Of a stretch of 64,000 nt of DNA, positions 47,201-60,342 are shown piece by piece (the first letter of the stretch is position 1; each line of letters opens with the position of its first letter). A model generated the notes under the pieces. That model did not search any database, had not been told where the DNA came from, and saw only the letters and a program-made list of their open reading frames with translations. Position numbers and translations under genes: made by a program. Source of the DNA: Takakia lepidozioides (lineage: Eukaryota > Plantae > Bryophyta); assembly GCA_030704615.1 (NCBI GenBank), contig CM060732.1, positions 25,048,001 to 25,112,000 on the forward strand, in the 5' to 3' direction.

Positions 47201-48520
47201 GGTTCCAACCATTCTCCCAAGAATGCCCACTTTGCTATTTTTCCCAAATTTCCAATGGCCCAATGTCATCTAAGTAAGTTTTTTTTCCACAGAGCCTACA
47301 ACCAAATTTGAACCGGAGACCTTTCCCTTGATATCTCTCCCGTCGAGGCTCCAACCATTGTCCCAGGAATGCCCACTTTGCCATTTTTGCTATTTTTTGT
47401 GAATTTCCAGCGACCAAAAGTGCTTGGAATTCCACATCTCCCTCACCGCTCGTCCAAAAATCAAGCAAGCCGGTGCACCCCTCCTCGTCGGGGGCTTTCC
47501 AACGGCACCAAGCACCCGCGCTGGGGCCCGCGGTTTGGGAGATCTCAACGACGCTACAAAACAAAACAAACGTCTCGATTCATATATTGACTAGGGTAGC
47601 CTATGCCATTTGGCCCAATCATCGAAGTCCAAGTGCAATCCCCTATGTATCAAAGTGCGTCTCCTATGTCGAGGCCCAAAAAGTGTAATCTTTTATGTAT
47701 CCAAGTGCATCCCCTGTGTAGAGGCCCAAGTGTCCACTGTCATTTAAGACCAAGTGCAATTTCTTATGTATCCCAGTGTGTCTCGTATGTCGAGGCCCAA
47801 GTGCGACCTCTAGTGTAGCCTATGCCGTTGGCCCATGTGTGAAAAATTGAAATCTAAGCCCAAGTGCATCTCCCATGTAGAGGCCCAAGTGCGACCTCCA
47901 GTGTCCAATGTCATGTAAGTCCAAGTGCAATCCCAAAGCCCACTTTGCTATTTGTGCAATCTCTCTCTTGTCGAGGCTTCATATATTGATATATCCACTT
48001 TGCTATTTTTCATGAATTTCCAACTACCAAAAACACTTGAAATTTCAAAGCTGCCACATGATGGGCCAATCATAGCTCTAGGAAAGCCCACTTTGCTATT
48101 TTTTTTAAAATTTCCGAATCTCCTATGTCGTGGCCCAAATGCAACCTCGAGGGTAGCCTTTGTCGTTGGCCCAAGTGTCCAATGTCATCTAAGTAAGTTT
48201 TTTTCCATAGAGCCTATGACCAGATTTGAACCAGAGACCTTTCCCTTGATATCTCTCCCGTCGAGGCTCCAACCATTGTCCCAGGAATGCCCACTTTGCC
48301 ATTTTTGCTATGTCTTGTGAATTTCCAGCGACCAAAAGTACTTGGAATTCCACATCTCCCTCACCGCTTGTCCAAAAATCATGAGACCAAGCTGGTGCCC
48401 CCCTCCTCCTCAAGGGCTTTCCAACGGCACCAAGCACCCGCGCCGGGGCCCCGCGGTTTGGGAGATCTCAACGACGCTACAAAACAAAACAAAACGAAAC
48501 AAACGTCTTGATTCATATAT
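44271..48520. repeat. Complex satellite of short CCAAGTG/CTCCTATGT modules interspersed with a unit of about 320 bp
   Basis: The long unit (GACCAGATTTGAACC...ACAAAACAAAAC) recurs near 44445, 45130, 46320, 47290 and 48205. Confidence 0.9.
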
Positions 48521-49249
48521 TAGTTTCATCATGTATATGAATGTTGTGTTTCTACATGCATTCTCGCTCTCTCCTCTTCAGAGTCTCTTATAATGTTAAT
48601 GTCTACCACTCCCTCGTTGGTCACCTTGTAGGCATTATCATGCATGTTTCTTATATCACCCACCTCTAAAAGGGGTCGGGCAGTAGTTGCAAGGCGAAGT
48701 GGCATTTAGTTACGCCCGCTTTGGTTGGAGTCTTCTCTCTCTTTTGCTGATTAGTTTTTAGTGATTAGGTAGACACTTTGTATAAATCAACTCTCGGTAA
48801 TGGTGATACTCACGGTTCGAAGTGCACAAGTATTTCCTAGTCCCAATGTTGTTAAATCTCTTCATGCTATCAACGCCTCTAGGTTAAGAGACCTCATACC
48901 TTTTACAAGTGATCTAGGAACAGTGATGAGTTCTCCGTTATTTCTACAAGAGAGATAGATGACACCGGCCAAAGCCGGCCTAAAGAGCCACTTCATTTTG
49001 CAGCTACTACCCCCTTCCGGGGTGGGTAACACTTTTAGATGAGTTTAGAATGACTTGAAGTAGTGAGCGAGCTAGAGATAAAACCCTTAATCTAAGAGAT
49101 CAGAAATGAATTAGTTTAATTACTAGGACTCATTTCCAAGGATGTCGAATTACAACAACGTGTATGAGTTGAATAAAAATACTAAACTAATAGAAGCATC
49201 TAATGTACTATTCAACCTGTTGATTTCGAATCAAGAACATCCTAACGAG

Positions 49250-49750
49250 AGAGATGTTATGGCACTTAGTTGTGGATGACCCAAGTCATGCAATACAAGA
49301 CATGGAGGAGGAGACGCAATATCAATTATGATATTTTACTATTATTAATTTAGCGGTCAAAGATTAGATCATTCCATATATGGATTCAGCTCCGGCAAAA
49401 TCTTGGAACTGCAAGCTGGAAAAGTTGTTCAAGTTTAATACCATCACACGAAGACTGATACTGAGAAACAAGATTTAGAACTTGAGAATGGATGAGGGCT
49501 GAATGAGTTTTTCTCATGGTAAAGGATTTGGTGGTTCAAATTGTCCGGTTGGAGACACTATTTGTGAAGATCAAATTGTACTAATAGCTTTAAATGCTCT
49601 TCCAGCCTTCAAAAAAATATGAAGCATTTGCGCATGATGTTGCTTCATAAGACAACTTGTCAAGCTTCGACAAACTCGAAAATAAGCTCTCATAAGAATC
49701 TCACTGAAGAGAGTTCAAAGGCGTGATCGGATGATGAAGCGTTGTTGATT
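49250..49750 (+). pseudogene. Degraded Ty1/copia gag remnant
   Basis: LEKLF...RRLILRNKI.NLRMDEG...EDQIVLIALNALP..YEAF resembles copia gag; heavily disrupted. Confidence 0.5.
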
Positions 49751-51959
49751 AAGCTCATAAAACTGATGAGTGAAGAAGATAAATTGGCTGGCTTCAAATA
49801 TAAAAAGCAGCGTCAACGACTAGGTATACATCTATTGAGTTTGTACTTTGGTCCAAAGTTTATTTGAAGAAGCGTAACGAGGCAGACAAAACCAAACCAA
49901 CCAATCAGCTAATATTGTTTAGGACAAAACTGAAGAAGAAGAAGTTGTGTAGTTGAGGGCTGATTAATGTGGGTGGGAGGTGCAGGCATGAGGTCTTACG
50001 TATTAAACATACTTGTAGTTATCACAACTAATCACTCGATTAATCTTGGTAGACCTTATGCTAAGATCATCAACTCACTGTTACAATTACCAGACCATCA
50101 ATGCAAAACGACGTTTGCAGCATGCAACATTTACAAAGAATTTGATATCCTCAGCTTCTCGGCTATTACTAGTCAATCCATTGGTAGCAAGTGAATCTAA
50201 TCACTGTACATGACTACTCTATCACATAGAACTAAAGAGAGTCTACCTACCATTCTGCAACATCTGACAAACGTAACAAGAACAAAAACTAGCAAAATAG
50301 AGTCTCGGGGGAAGACAATCTTGAATGGTAAGGCGGGAAGAATGGTAAGTCACTATCTGAGTAATCTTGGGGGTGACTATGACCTGTAGGTAATGCGCAC
50401 TAGTTAACTGGATTCGGAATATCCAACACTCCCACTCAGTGAGCCAATGAGCATTGCACTCATCACGATGCATGCTACTCCCACTCAAATGATCATGGAT
50501 CACTGGTGCAAGACCAAGTAAGCCACACATACGCTGAAATTTCTCTGCACTCAAACCTTAGTAAAGATATTGACAATTGATCACGTGTGGGCACATATGA
50601 AATATGAATCTCCCCTTCGCTGAGCTTGTGATATTGAATATCTATGTATTTAGTACGCTTTGAGAACTCGGGGTTGTGAGCGAGCTTGATGCAGCCCTGG
50701 CTATCGGATAGAAGCAGGGTAGGTGAACGCTACGGATATCCAACACTTGCAAGTAGACGGTGAAGCCAAGTAATTTCTTTGGTGGCCACAAAGTTAGCCA
50801 CGTACTCGGCCTCAGTGATACTGCCTGCTGTGCACCCTTGTTTCTGAGACCCCCAAGCAATGGGACGATGTTTAGGAAAAGAATGTAGCCACTTCGAGAT
50901 TTTCGATCATCAAGGTTTGCTCCATAATCTGCATCACAATAGGCAGTAAGGACTAGTGTTGGACCGGTATATAGGTCTTGGGTGGGTATCAACTAGGGTA
51001 AGGCTAATGGTATGAAGGATCATACCAGTGTAAAGCTAGAACCCCGATGCAAGGATATGCTCTCCTCCTCTGCGGGTTAAGAGGGGGTTAAGTCATGCAC
51101 AAGGGATTGTAAGCTATAGAACTTTGCCAAGCCGACAGGGAAGGGTCAATTGCAGACCACACATACAATCTAAGCCAATCGTTGCACGCAGCAAAGCATC
51201 AACACAGTTTCATCCAGCGTCCTTCACACATCCACTGCACCAGTTTGTACACCAAAACATCCTGCCTAAGCCTAATGATCTCTTCATTTAAATAATCGGG
51301 AGAGGCTAATCTGGAGATCCAGATGCAGCACTCTTATTGGACATGCAGATTACAAGACCTCACATCCGCCAGCTCAGTTTCCAGGTTGGCTTATCTCGTG
51401 ACTGTTAACGTAGGACAATCACATAACCAAAGATAGTCCTTGTTATCATTAATGTCCAACAACCCCATGCTTTTCATCCAAGGGACTGACAGGAGAGTAT
51501 ATGCACCGCCATGGAATCTGGAGCTCCACATATGTAAAGCTTGCCCTCGCTAGGAAAGCGAGCTCCTGCGAGCTAACTGAAATACCGAACTTCCGAAGCT
51601 AAGTAAATCACACCATACCTAATACTAGCATCCGGCGTGAGAGGGATGAAAAAACCCTCAGCGAGAAAACCTTGCACCTGCAAAATGGGCTAAGGGTAAA
51701 ACTCGCCCCTATCACGTTACAATAGTGATGCAAAAACATAACACAAAGCTAAAGCCTGTGCTAAGTTTGTCCACCTCCACTAACACCAGATGGCGCAGGT
51801 CTGCAATAGACCATTATTTGCACACCATACAACACCAGAGATGGCCACTGTTTGAACCATCAAAAAGCATATAAGAGAGGCCATAGCGTGAACCTCCAGA
51901 AAACACACAAGACAGCAACACTCCAACCTTTAATCCCTGCACTCAATCACACACAAAAA

Positions 51960-54900
51960 TCAGCCAGTCGTCCTGCCTTCTACATTGAGGCAGGTTAGAT
52001 CGAAGACCAATCGGCTGTGCACCAGGGAGTCCACATGCACAGGGTGAGTTATGGGTGGCGTGGAATGATGTTGGGGAAGCAACAGGAATTTCCTCCCACG
52101 AAATTTTTCAGTGATGAGATAAGGACCCTCAATGCGTTTCGAAGCTTTGGAGATAATTTTCCCATATTGCAGACGGACACACACAGTTTGGCCCACCAAG
52201 AATTCTTCTGAGTAGTGAACTTTCCTGTTGTAGTTACGAGCCTGCATAGCCCGAGCCGGAGAAATATTAGTCCTGGCCTTAGTCTCAAAGACAAGCCGTT
52301 TGGAAAGCATAGCATCCACAAATTGCTGCCAATCAGTGGGCTCTACAATGGGAGTGAGCAACGGAGTATTATTCAGGGGAGTGCAAGCCTTTCTACCATA
52401 GAGTAACTCAAATGGAGAATACCTGGTGGTAGAGTGTACAAAGGTCCGATAAGCAAAAATCAGAGTGGGTAGAGTAGTATCCCAATCACCCAAGAGTTAC
52501 CCTGTCTTCTCAAGCATAGCGCACATTATGATTGAACCTTTCAGTCAAGCCATTGCATTGAGGATGATAGGGTAGTATGCTTAACACCCAAATTAAAACA
52601 CACAATCTGCATGAGCTGATTACAAAATTCAGAGCCTTGATCGGTGAGGATCTCTTGGGGACAGCCATGGCGCAAGATGACCTTGTTGAAAAAGAACTGT
52701 GCCACCGTGTCTGCATCCTTAGCAGCCAAGGGTTGAACCTAAACCCACTTAGATAGGTAATCAGTTGCCACAATAATGTAACAATGTCCCTTAATCGTAG
52801 GCTGGAGTGGCCCAACAAGATCTAGGCCCACTCTGGCGAATGGTTCAGACACCGAAATGGGTTGCAAGGCAAGTGAAGGACGGGCCCTAGGAAGCAGTGT
52901 CTGAGAGTGGCACTCCACTCAGCAAGAGATAAAGCGTTGTAACATCTTGAACCATCCTTTCCAATGATACCTCTCTTGGAGCCTCTTCAAGGTCTTAGTG
53001 ATGCCCAAGTGACCAGCAAAAGCAGAAGAATGATGCAACTCAAGCAACTCTGAAACTGAATCCCTACTAGGAACCTCCATAGCAGGGGTCTGACCTTCCA
53101 AGGCAATCCTCATGAACAGTTTACCTTCACATGCCTCACAATGGAGAAAATGATAGTTAACCTGTCTTTGAGTAGCCTTGGATATGCCTGGAAGTTGAGT
53201 GCTGGTCATGCACTTATGGAGTAGAGCCAAATGCAACTGATTCTCCATACCTGTACACTTAGCAAGACCAATGAGTAGTGGGTTAATATGAGGCCCGCCT
53301 CTGTGTTCTCCTATAACATAAGAGTCTCATACCACATCTGAACATGGTCATGGAGGTAACAGGCAGGGCTGAAGCGCAAGTCCTAAGGGGAATAGATCAC
53401 TATGGTAGCTATGGAAAAGACAGAATGCCCCTAGGCTAAGAAGATACAACCACTCTGAAATCTGCAGATGTGAACTGCTGCACAACCTTCCACCCACAAG
53501 ATGATCAACCAGGGTCAAATGTCATGAGATCCATCCAATAAGTTCATAGACCTAGGCATTTCATCAAGCAAGCTACAAAACAAAAGCTGATCGTCAGTAA
53601 GGATAGAAGTAGGAACAGATGCAGGTAAAGCAATTAAATCATCAAGAGAAGAGTAAGGGGCGTGGGAACCTTTGTTTCCCCTCTTGTCAATGCATCAACG
53701 TTACCATTTTTTTGCCTTTTTATAAACAATGTCATATTCAAACCCTTGTAGAAGAAGAGACCAGCGAGCCAATCTACCTGATAATTTGCGTGGAGTTTTC
53801 AAGGCTTTGAGAGGCAGGTGGTCAGTCTCAACAGTAAAATAACAACCATGTAAATACTGACGGAAGTGCTTAACATCAAATATAACTGCAAGGCCTTCCT
53901 TATCGGTAATGCTATAATTTCTCTCATGCTTGTCGAGCCTTCTAGATGCATAAGCAACAACATGCTCACGACCATCCTTCTTCTGGCTTAGGATGGCTGA
54001 AACAGCTAGGTCACTAACATCAGTCTGCAATAGAAAGGGAATGGAAAAATCAGGAAATATGAGTATAGGAGCAGAAGTCAAGGCTATCTTGAGTCTCTCA
54101 AAGGCCAACGCTTCTGCTTTACCCCACTGAAATTTAACATCTTTGCAAAGCAAGTAAAACAAGGGACCAACTAGCTTAACAAAATGAAGGATGAACCTTC
54201 TATAATAAGACGCAAGGCCTAAGAATGCTCTTACACAATGTTTGTCCTTCGGGATAGGAAAATCCCAAACTGCCTGGACTTTGGTTAAGTTAGGTTTGAT
54301 GCCATCCCCACAAAGGACGTGTCCCAAAAAGCGCAACTCCAGCATACAAAAATCACATTTATTTGCCTTAACTTTAAGTCCAGCACTTCGTAACCTGCTC
54401 ATGACTCTTTGTAGGTCCAAAAGGTGAGATGCAAAGCTGCTGGAATAAGAGCACATTCCCATCTTAAATTACCAAGGACCACGTCCATGAGCCTTTGGAA
54501 GGTAGCAGTGGCATTACAAAGCCAAACGACATGGTTTCGTACTGAAAGAGACCATACCTGCAGGTAAATGCAGTCTTTTCTTTGGAGTCCTCCGTTAGTG
54601 GAACTTGCCAGAACCCAGAGGCTAAATCAAGGGAAGAAAAAATAGTTGCCCCATTAAGTTGGTCTAGGGTCTCGTTGATACGTGGCAGGGGATAGACATC
54701 CTTTTTAGTCATCGCATTCAACCTTCGAAAGTCCACACAGAAGCGTGTGGTGCCATCTTTCTTCCCCACAAGCACAATGGGACTAGCCCAGGGGGAAACA
54801 TAAGGTTTTATCACTCCAACATCTTCCTAATTTCTTCTTGAATGACTGCTCTTTCACGGACAAATTCTCTGTAAGCATATTGTTTGACTGGTTTTCCTTC

Positions 54901-56100
54901 AGTAATAATTTCATGCTTAAGTATCTTTGTGCAGCCCAGGTCATGTGATCCTTTGCTAAATATGTCCAGGTTCCTTTTGAGCAGCAGATGTAATTGAGCT
55001 TGCTGAGAATCAGTCAGTTCACCCACCTTAATCTCAGCCACTACCTGTTGAAAGTGAGCTTCTTGCTCAGTAGTGAGGCTATGACTTGTTGGGGCTGCAG
55101 CTAAACTGGTCATAGCAATCAGACCATCCAGAGGATCATCTTCCAGACCAATATCTCGTAGATGTAAGGCTGGCTCCACCGAGGATATGTCATTGATGGG
55201 CACAGCAGTGAGCCTGACCAACACTTGACCCTTCTTGATGGTGACAGACATACGCTCTGGATTGGCAATCAGAATGTGAACATGACCCCTAAAACCCCTA
55301 TCCAAAAGCCCTAAGGCAACCAAGCAATGTTTTTGTAATGACAGGCGTTTCCATCCCTCAATCTCAAGATATTTGCCTTGTGGGCAGATGAAGGCAAGGC
55401 CTGTAGACACAACGACTTGAGACATAGTAGGTAATTGAACATTAGCAGGGGCTCTAAGAAGAAGGGTGTCACCCTTGACAGGCATGGGTGCGCCAGTCTT
55501 GCAGCCAGCAGCAGGTATGTGCCACTGGTGTAAAAGCGTCGTTGGGGTGCTCTGAAAGCCAAAGAAGCGAGTCCAGTTGTATGTATCTCCAGCCCGTTGT
55601 CTGACTTCTCGTGAGACAGCCTTCATGCAAGCAAGATGTCTGGTCCCACTGCCTGCCAGGATAGGGATCTGATTCAAATTAACTTTGCAGCTGCCACCTT
55701 CACCATCCTTCAAAGTCATAACATTAGTACAAAGATCAATGGAAGCCATGGCTTCAGACATCCAATCTAACCCTAAAAGTAGTTGTTCGCCCATGGTTAC
55801 AATCCGTGTGATGGTGACAACCTTGCGACTAATTTTGACTGGTACACTAACTAAACCAAGAGGTTCATAGCTGGTTCCATCAGCTATGGTGACCTCAATA
55901 CCCTTGGCTGGAGACATTTTCAAACCCAGAACTTGAACCACATGCAAAGGAATGGCAGATACTGCACAGCCCGTGTCTATGACACATTGAAAAGACAAGT
56001 GACCAATATGACACTGTGTCATTAAGGGGTGAATACGCTCTCTATGCTTGGTTTTCACCACCTCAGTATGGAGCAACTTGAAATTTGTGGACACAAGCAA
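51960..56100 (-). pseudogene. Gypsy pol: protease, dUTPase-like domain, RT, RNase H and integrase
   Basis: VIDTGC (protease), GLLDRGFRG (dUTPase), KKDVYPLPRI and LDLASGFWQ (RT, with YxDD deleted near 54460), LQTDVS (RNase H), GHLG and TDQGSEF (integrase). Confidence 0.9.
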
Positions 56101-56162
56101 AGTAGCTGATGGGTTAAAAGGTCTACACCTGTGATCACCTGGCCCTTCCTTAGCAGATGACC

Positions 56163-57053
56163 TTACTCGTTTAAAGCACCCTTACCCTTTTGATCTCGTT
56201 TCCATTGCTCATAGATGGCAGGTAAGTCTGGCTGCATGGGGCAAAACCTGGTCCAGTGCTCAGTGCTCTTACAAATCAGGCAGGCTGCTCTTTCCTGATA
56301 ACCTGAACCAGTATTGGTTTGACCTCTATGACCTGCCTTCCTTTCACCATCATCAGAAGTCCGCCAATGACTTTCAGCTTTGAAAGCCTGCAGCTCCATC
56401 CTTACAGTATCCTGCACATTTCTCACTACAGCATGCAACAATTCTAGGCAGCCCTCATCCCCATCAGTACCAGTACATGTATCAACATCATGTAACATGA
56501 CCTGAGACCGTTTGGTAGGAGCTAAACCTCTCTTTGCTGCCTTGATGCGAGCCCTTTCCTCAATGAGCTGAACCATCTCCTTGTCCGTTTCGTATGAGCT
56601 TTTTTCCAAGAACACTTGTTCAGTTGGTGGTAACCCTTTGATAAAAGAATCTTGGTGGCCAATGGAAATAAATTCCGCTGGCACAACATTCATCTTCATG
56701 CTTAATTCAAAGAACCTTAAGAAATTATCAAAATGGTCACCCAGCTTAAACTCTGGGTATGGCTGCTTGACAGGTTTGAATTCATGAGGTTTGGCAACTG
56801 TTTGTGTAGAATTAGTTTGTTTGTTCAACAAAAGTTCCAACAGAGCAGGACAATCAGAGATAGTTTTCATGGCATCACAAAGATCTTGTAAGTCCAAGCC
56901 ATCCGGATGATTGATGCCTCTTGATGTCGTAGCAGGTTGTGTCTCAGGACCAGGAACTGAGTCATCACCAAAGATCTCCTCTATCCCTTCCTTCCATTCA
57001 CTCATCTTAGCACTCTCAGACTCCAACAATTTAGCACGTTGCCTGGTCAACAT
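56163..57053 (-). CDS. Gag with CCHC knuckle
   Basis: CLICKSTEHWTRFC knuckle; slippery TTTAAAC just before the stop. Confidence 0.8.
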   Translation of the reverse strand: MLTRQRAKLLESESAKMSEWKEGIEEIFGDDSVPGPETQPATTSRGINHPDGLDLQDLCDAMKTISDCPALLELLLNKQTNSTQTVAKPHEFKPVKQPYPEFKLGDHFDNFLRFFELSMKMNVVPAEFISIGHQDSFIKGLPPTEQVFLEKSSYETDKEMVQLIEERARIKAAKRGLAPTKRSQVMLHDVDTCTGTDGDEGCLELLHAVVRNVQDTVRMELQAFKAESHWRTSDDGERKAGHRGQTNTGSGYQERAACLICKSTEHWTRFCPMQPDLPAIYEQWKRDQKGKGALNE

Positions 57054-57101
57054 CCACTAAGATAACGTAAATGAAGATCAAGGCACAGAGAAAATCACCT
57101 G

Positions 57102-57989
57102 TCACTGGGATGCAGCATGCACTTCTCCCAATCCGTGACGGTGTAGGAAGATATGAAACGATGATTGTAACTGAGATACACGGCTTCGCCCTGCAGATGC
57201 CAAAGTGACTGAGCCACCTTCAGCTACCCTCTCCTTGACTACCAAGGAGTGCAACGGATACTTGTCAACAGGAGTCTGGACTCGACAGAGCCCGACCTTC
57301 TCTTGATCAAAGGTTTTGCCAGGAAAAATCACAATATCCCGCGCAGAGAGGTGAAACAAGTGCTGGGGGACGCCAGTAATGGATTGTTCCCACGAAAAAT
57401 CATCAGCAGGCTCATCGGGAGTCCAGGCAGGGCGTATGTTTGTCAGTGCCGCCGCACTCCCACCCTGAACAAGCTCCCAAAAACGATAACCACTAGGAAC
57501 CTTCGGGTGCAGAAAGCTCTCAAGGTTGTTGGTGCGATCTCGCATGACAACAAACTTAGGCACTCCAATCTATGGCCAAGTGAGCAGCTCGCCTTGTCCA
57601 AGTCGCTCACGGATGACCTCCCGAGGTAAGCACTTGGCGATTTCCTTTGCATGCAGCTTCTGCAGCAGTCTGCTAGCAATCGCACCCTGCTTGGCTTCAG
57701 TAATCTTGCGACGCTGCTCGCGTTTTTCTCCTTCAGAACTCACAGTCTTGCGCGCTTCATCAACAGCCGTCTGCTCAAACTTCTCTATCCAGTAAGCCGA
57801 GGGCACGTCAAGTGGAATCTCAGCGTCTCCCCTCACTAGCGGTTCTCCCTCGTAAGGCCTTAGCATTTCAGGGGACGCAGCATCATGCACAACACTCATG
57901 AAGACAGCTTCAAACGATTCGTCGTCAATCACAAACGAAGCAACATCATTCAAACTGGAAGCCATCGTCGCCGTTTGCACAGTGTTCAC
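57102..57989 (-). pseudogene. Extra ORF upstream of gag (about 290 codons, one internal TAG)
   Basis: ORFs 57570-57989 and 57102-57563 are in the same frame, between the PBS and gag. Confidence 0.65.
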
Positions 57990-58176
57990 TCACAAAGCAG
58001 GAAGACACAAGACACACAAAATCAGCAAAAACAACATACACCAGGAGGGACAAATGATTGAACATAGTGGATTGCGCAGCCATCTTTCTAGATTTCCCGT
58101 ACAGCCGTCTTTCCACCATAGCCACACCGAACCTAGGCTATCATCAACAGGACACCCAAGCCGTTAGATTTAAATG

Positions 58177-58192
58177 CCCCCCATCTCCACCA
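58177..58192 (-). promoter_or_regulatory. Primer-binding site (tRNA-Ala-like)
   Basis: TGGTGGAGATGGGGGG adjacent to the LTR-like repeat; complementary to the recalled tRNA-Ala 3' end CCCCGCAUCUCCACCA with 2 mismatches at the far end. Confidence 0.7.
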
Positions 58193-59967
58193 AGAACCCC
58201 GACGCAAGGATATGCTCTCGTCCTCTGCGGGTTAAGTCATGCACAAGGGATTGTAAGCTATAGAACTTTGCCAAGCCGACAGGGAAGGATCTATTGCAGA
58301 CCACACATACAATCTAAGCCAATCGTTGCACGCAGCAAAGCATCAACACAGTTTCATCCAGCGTCCTTCACACATCCACTGCACTAGTTTGTACACCAAA
58401 ACATCCTGCCTAAGCCTGATGATCTCTTCATTTAAATAATTGGGAGAGGCTAATATGGAGATCTAGATGCAGCACTCTTATTGGACATGCAGATTACAAG
58501 ACCTCACATCCGCCAGCTCAGTTTCCAGGTTGGCTTACCTCGTGACTGTTAACGTAGGACAATCCAACAACCCCATGCTTTTCATCCAAGGGACTGACAG
58601 GAGAGCATATGCACCGCCATGGAATCTGGAGCTCCACACCAGGCGGGTACCTACAAGGGCAAAACCCGGCAATATCCTGGTGGGGTAGGATACATGGACT
58701 TCTAAAACCTTGGCGCAAAACATACTAGTTGGGTCTTCTTCCTCGCGCTACCACTCCAATACCATGCATGCGTCGGTTGAGGGACATGATGCAGGGGTAG
58801 GGTCTACGGTAGTTTGAGGTTAGGGATACTAACTACATGTAGTGTTTTCAAGAGGGCTCTTCAATGAGGATGAGTTACAGGATGCTAATATGTTTGAAGA
58901 GGAGTAGATAAATGCAATTTGTTAGTTTTTGCTCTTAAAGAGTGATAGAGAAGAGTTAGGGGCCATTTGGGAAAATTTTCAATATTGAAATGGGCCATTT
59001 GAATAGTTGAAATCTTAATATGATTTTAAGGGCCTCCGTCCATTTATTATTATTATTTTATTTTTATTTTTAAGAGTTAGAAAGAATTGCAGTAGTGTAG
59101 CTGGTACGAGACCCTGGCACATACCAGGCTGGTATGACTTTTAAAAGTTTGTTTAATACCATACCAGTCAGATTTTCACTTTGATACCATACCATATATA
59201 CCATACAAGGCTATTAAATTTACACATCATTTGATACCAGTACCATACTGGTTCCAATAATTCAATTGTACCCCAATACCGTTACCCTAGTGGTATAAAA
59301 AAACCATGATACTAGTCCAACACTGGTAAGGACATTGTTGTTGGTAGCTCCGCCATAGCAGATGGAGAGATGTGACGTACCCTTAAGATATTTTAGGATC
59401 CGCTTCAAAACAACACAATGTGCTCGTGTAAGAGCGGTGGAGTACTTGGCAGCATTAGAGACCGCATAGGAAATATCTGGCCGCGTGCCAAGGCTGGCAA
59501 ATGCAATGCTTCCCAGAATCTGCTGATAGGGAAAATTTGTCTCAACATTTTCTTCATTTGTGGGTGAAAGGCGGAGATGAACATTTGGGTCAACAGGTAC
59601 AATGATTGAATTAGCATTCTCAACTTCCGAATCGTGCGCTCAATGTATACTTGTCGATCTAAGGAAAGCAAATGAAGGGCTCGGTTTCTGGTGATGCCTA
59701 AACCAACATAGCAATCAGGAACTCCTGTCTTTATCTCAAAGACATCATCCATTGAAGCAATGGTGTTCTGGATGCGGGAAGTACTGATACTGCAAGCGAG
59801 GCCGTCATCAACAAAAAATTGAGGCTCACGACTGCTCAAACATACACAAGGGTCTGCTGTACTCGGTGTGAAGTGATATGTGTGTGTTTGAGTGCAGGGA
59901 TTGTGTGTTTTTCTGGTGGTCCAAGCTGTGGCCATCTCTTTTGTGTGTGTGTGCCAATAATGGTCGA

Positions 59968-60342
59968 TGTCAGGGACGAGAACATGACTGAACACAAACA
60001 AGAGATCAGACTAGAGGTACATGACTAGATAAGAAGTCAAGGTCGGCATGGCCGAATGCACGATGAGTAAATATGAATCAAGAGTACTGGGAATTGGACT
60101 GGAGTACTGGAAACTGGAAACAAGAGTAGCTTGAACTGGTGTTGGCGAGACTGAAGAGTGTCTAGTCTTGCCTTCTATACATACTGGCTACTAAGAAGCT
60201 TCGCTAAGAAGCTTCGCTAAGAAGCTTCGCTAAGAAGCTTCCCCTATGGAGGTTTCTTGCTGGAGAAGTTTCCAAGATTAAACAAAGGTTTCTTGATGGA
60301 GAAGCTTCCTTAAACAAATGAGGTATCTTGATGGAGAAGTTT
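59968..60342 (-). repeat. Truncated LTR of the 1121-1751 family inside the copia RT
   Basis: Reverse complement of about 1320-1751 with internal deletions, including the CA end and the AAGCTTC repeats. Confidence 0.88.

Larger units (their letters stand above)
51029..58722 (-). mobile_element. Ty3/gypsy element with extra 5' ORF and dUTPase-like domain, nested in the hAT element
   Basis: Direct repeats at 51038-51530 and 58193-58639, PBS at 58177-58192, and domain order gag-PR-dUT-RT-RH-INT. The exact termini are uncertain. Confidence 0.85.
50954..59325. mobile_element. Non-autonomous hAT-like element inserted at the copia RT/RNase H junction
   Basis: 8-bp TSD GTAAGGAC (50946-50953 and 59326-59333), 17-bp TIRs TAGTGTTGGACCGGTAT and ATACTAGTCCAACACTG, and ATACC subterminal repeats. 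Removing it restores NNVLTAYCDAD. Confidence 0.88.

Noticed and set aside
44354-48593. Repeated ORFs such as AKMAKWAFLGQWLEPR
   Set aside because: They arise from satellite units, with frames that vary between copies.
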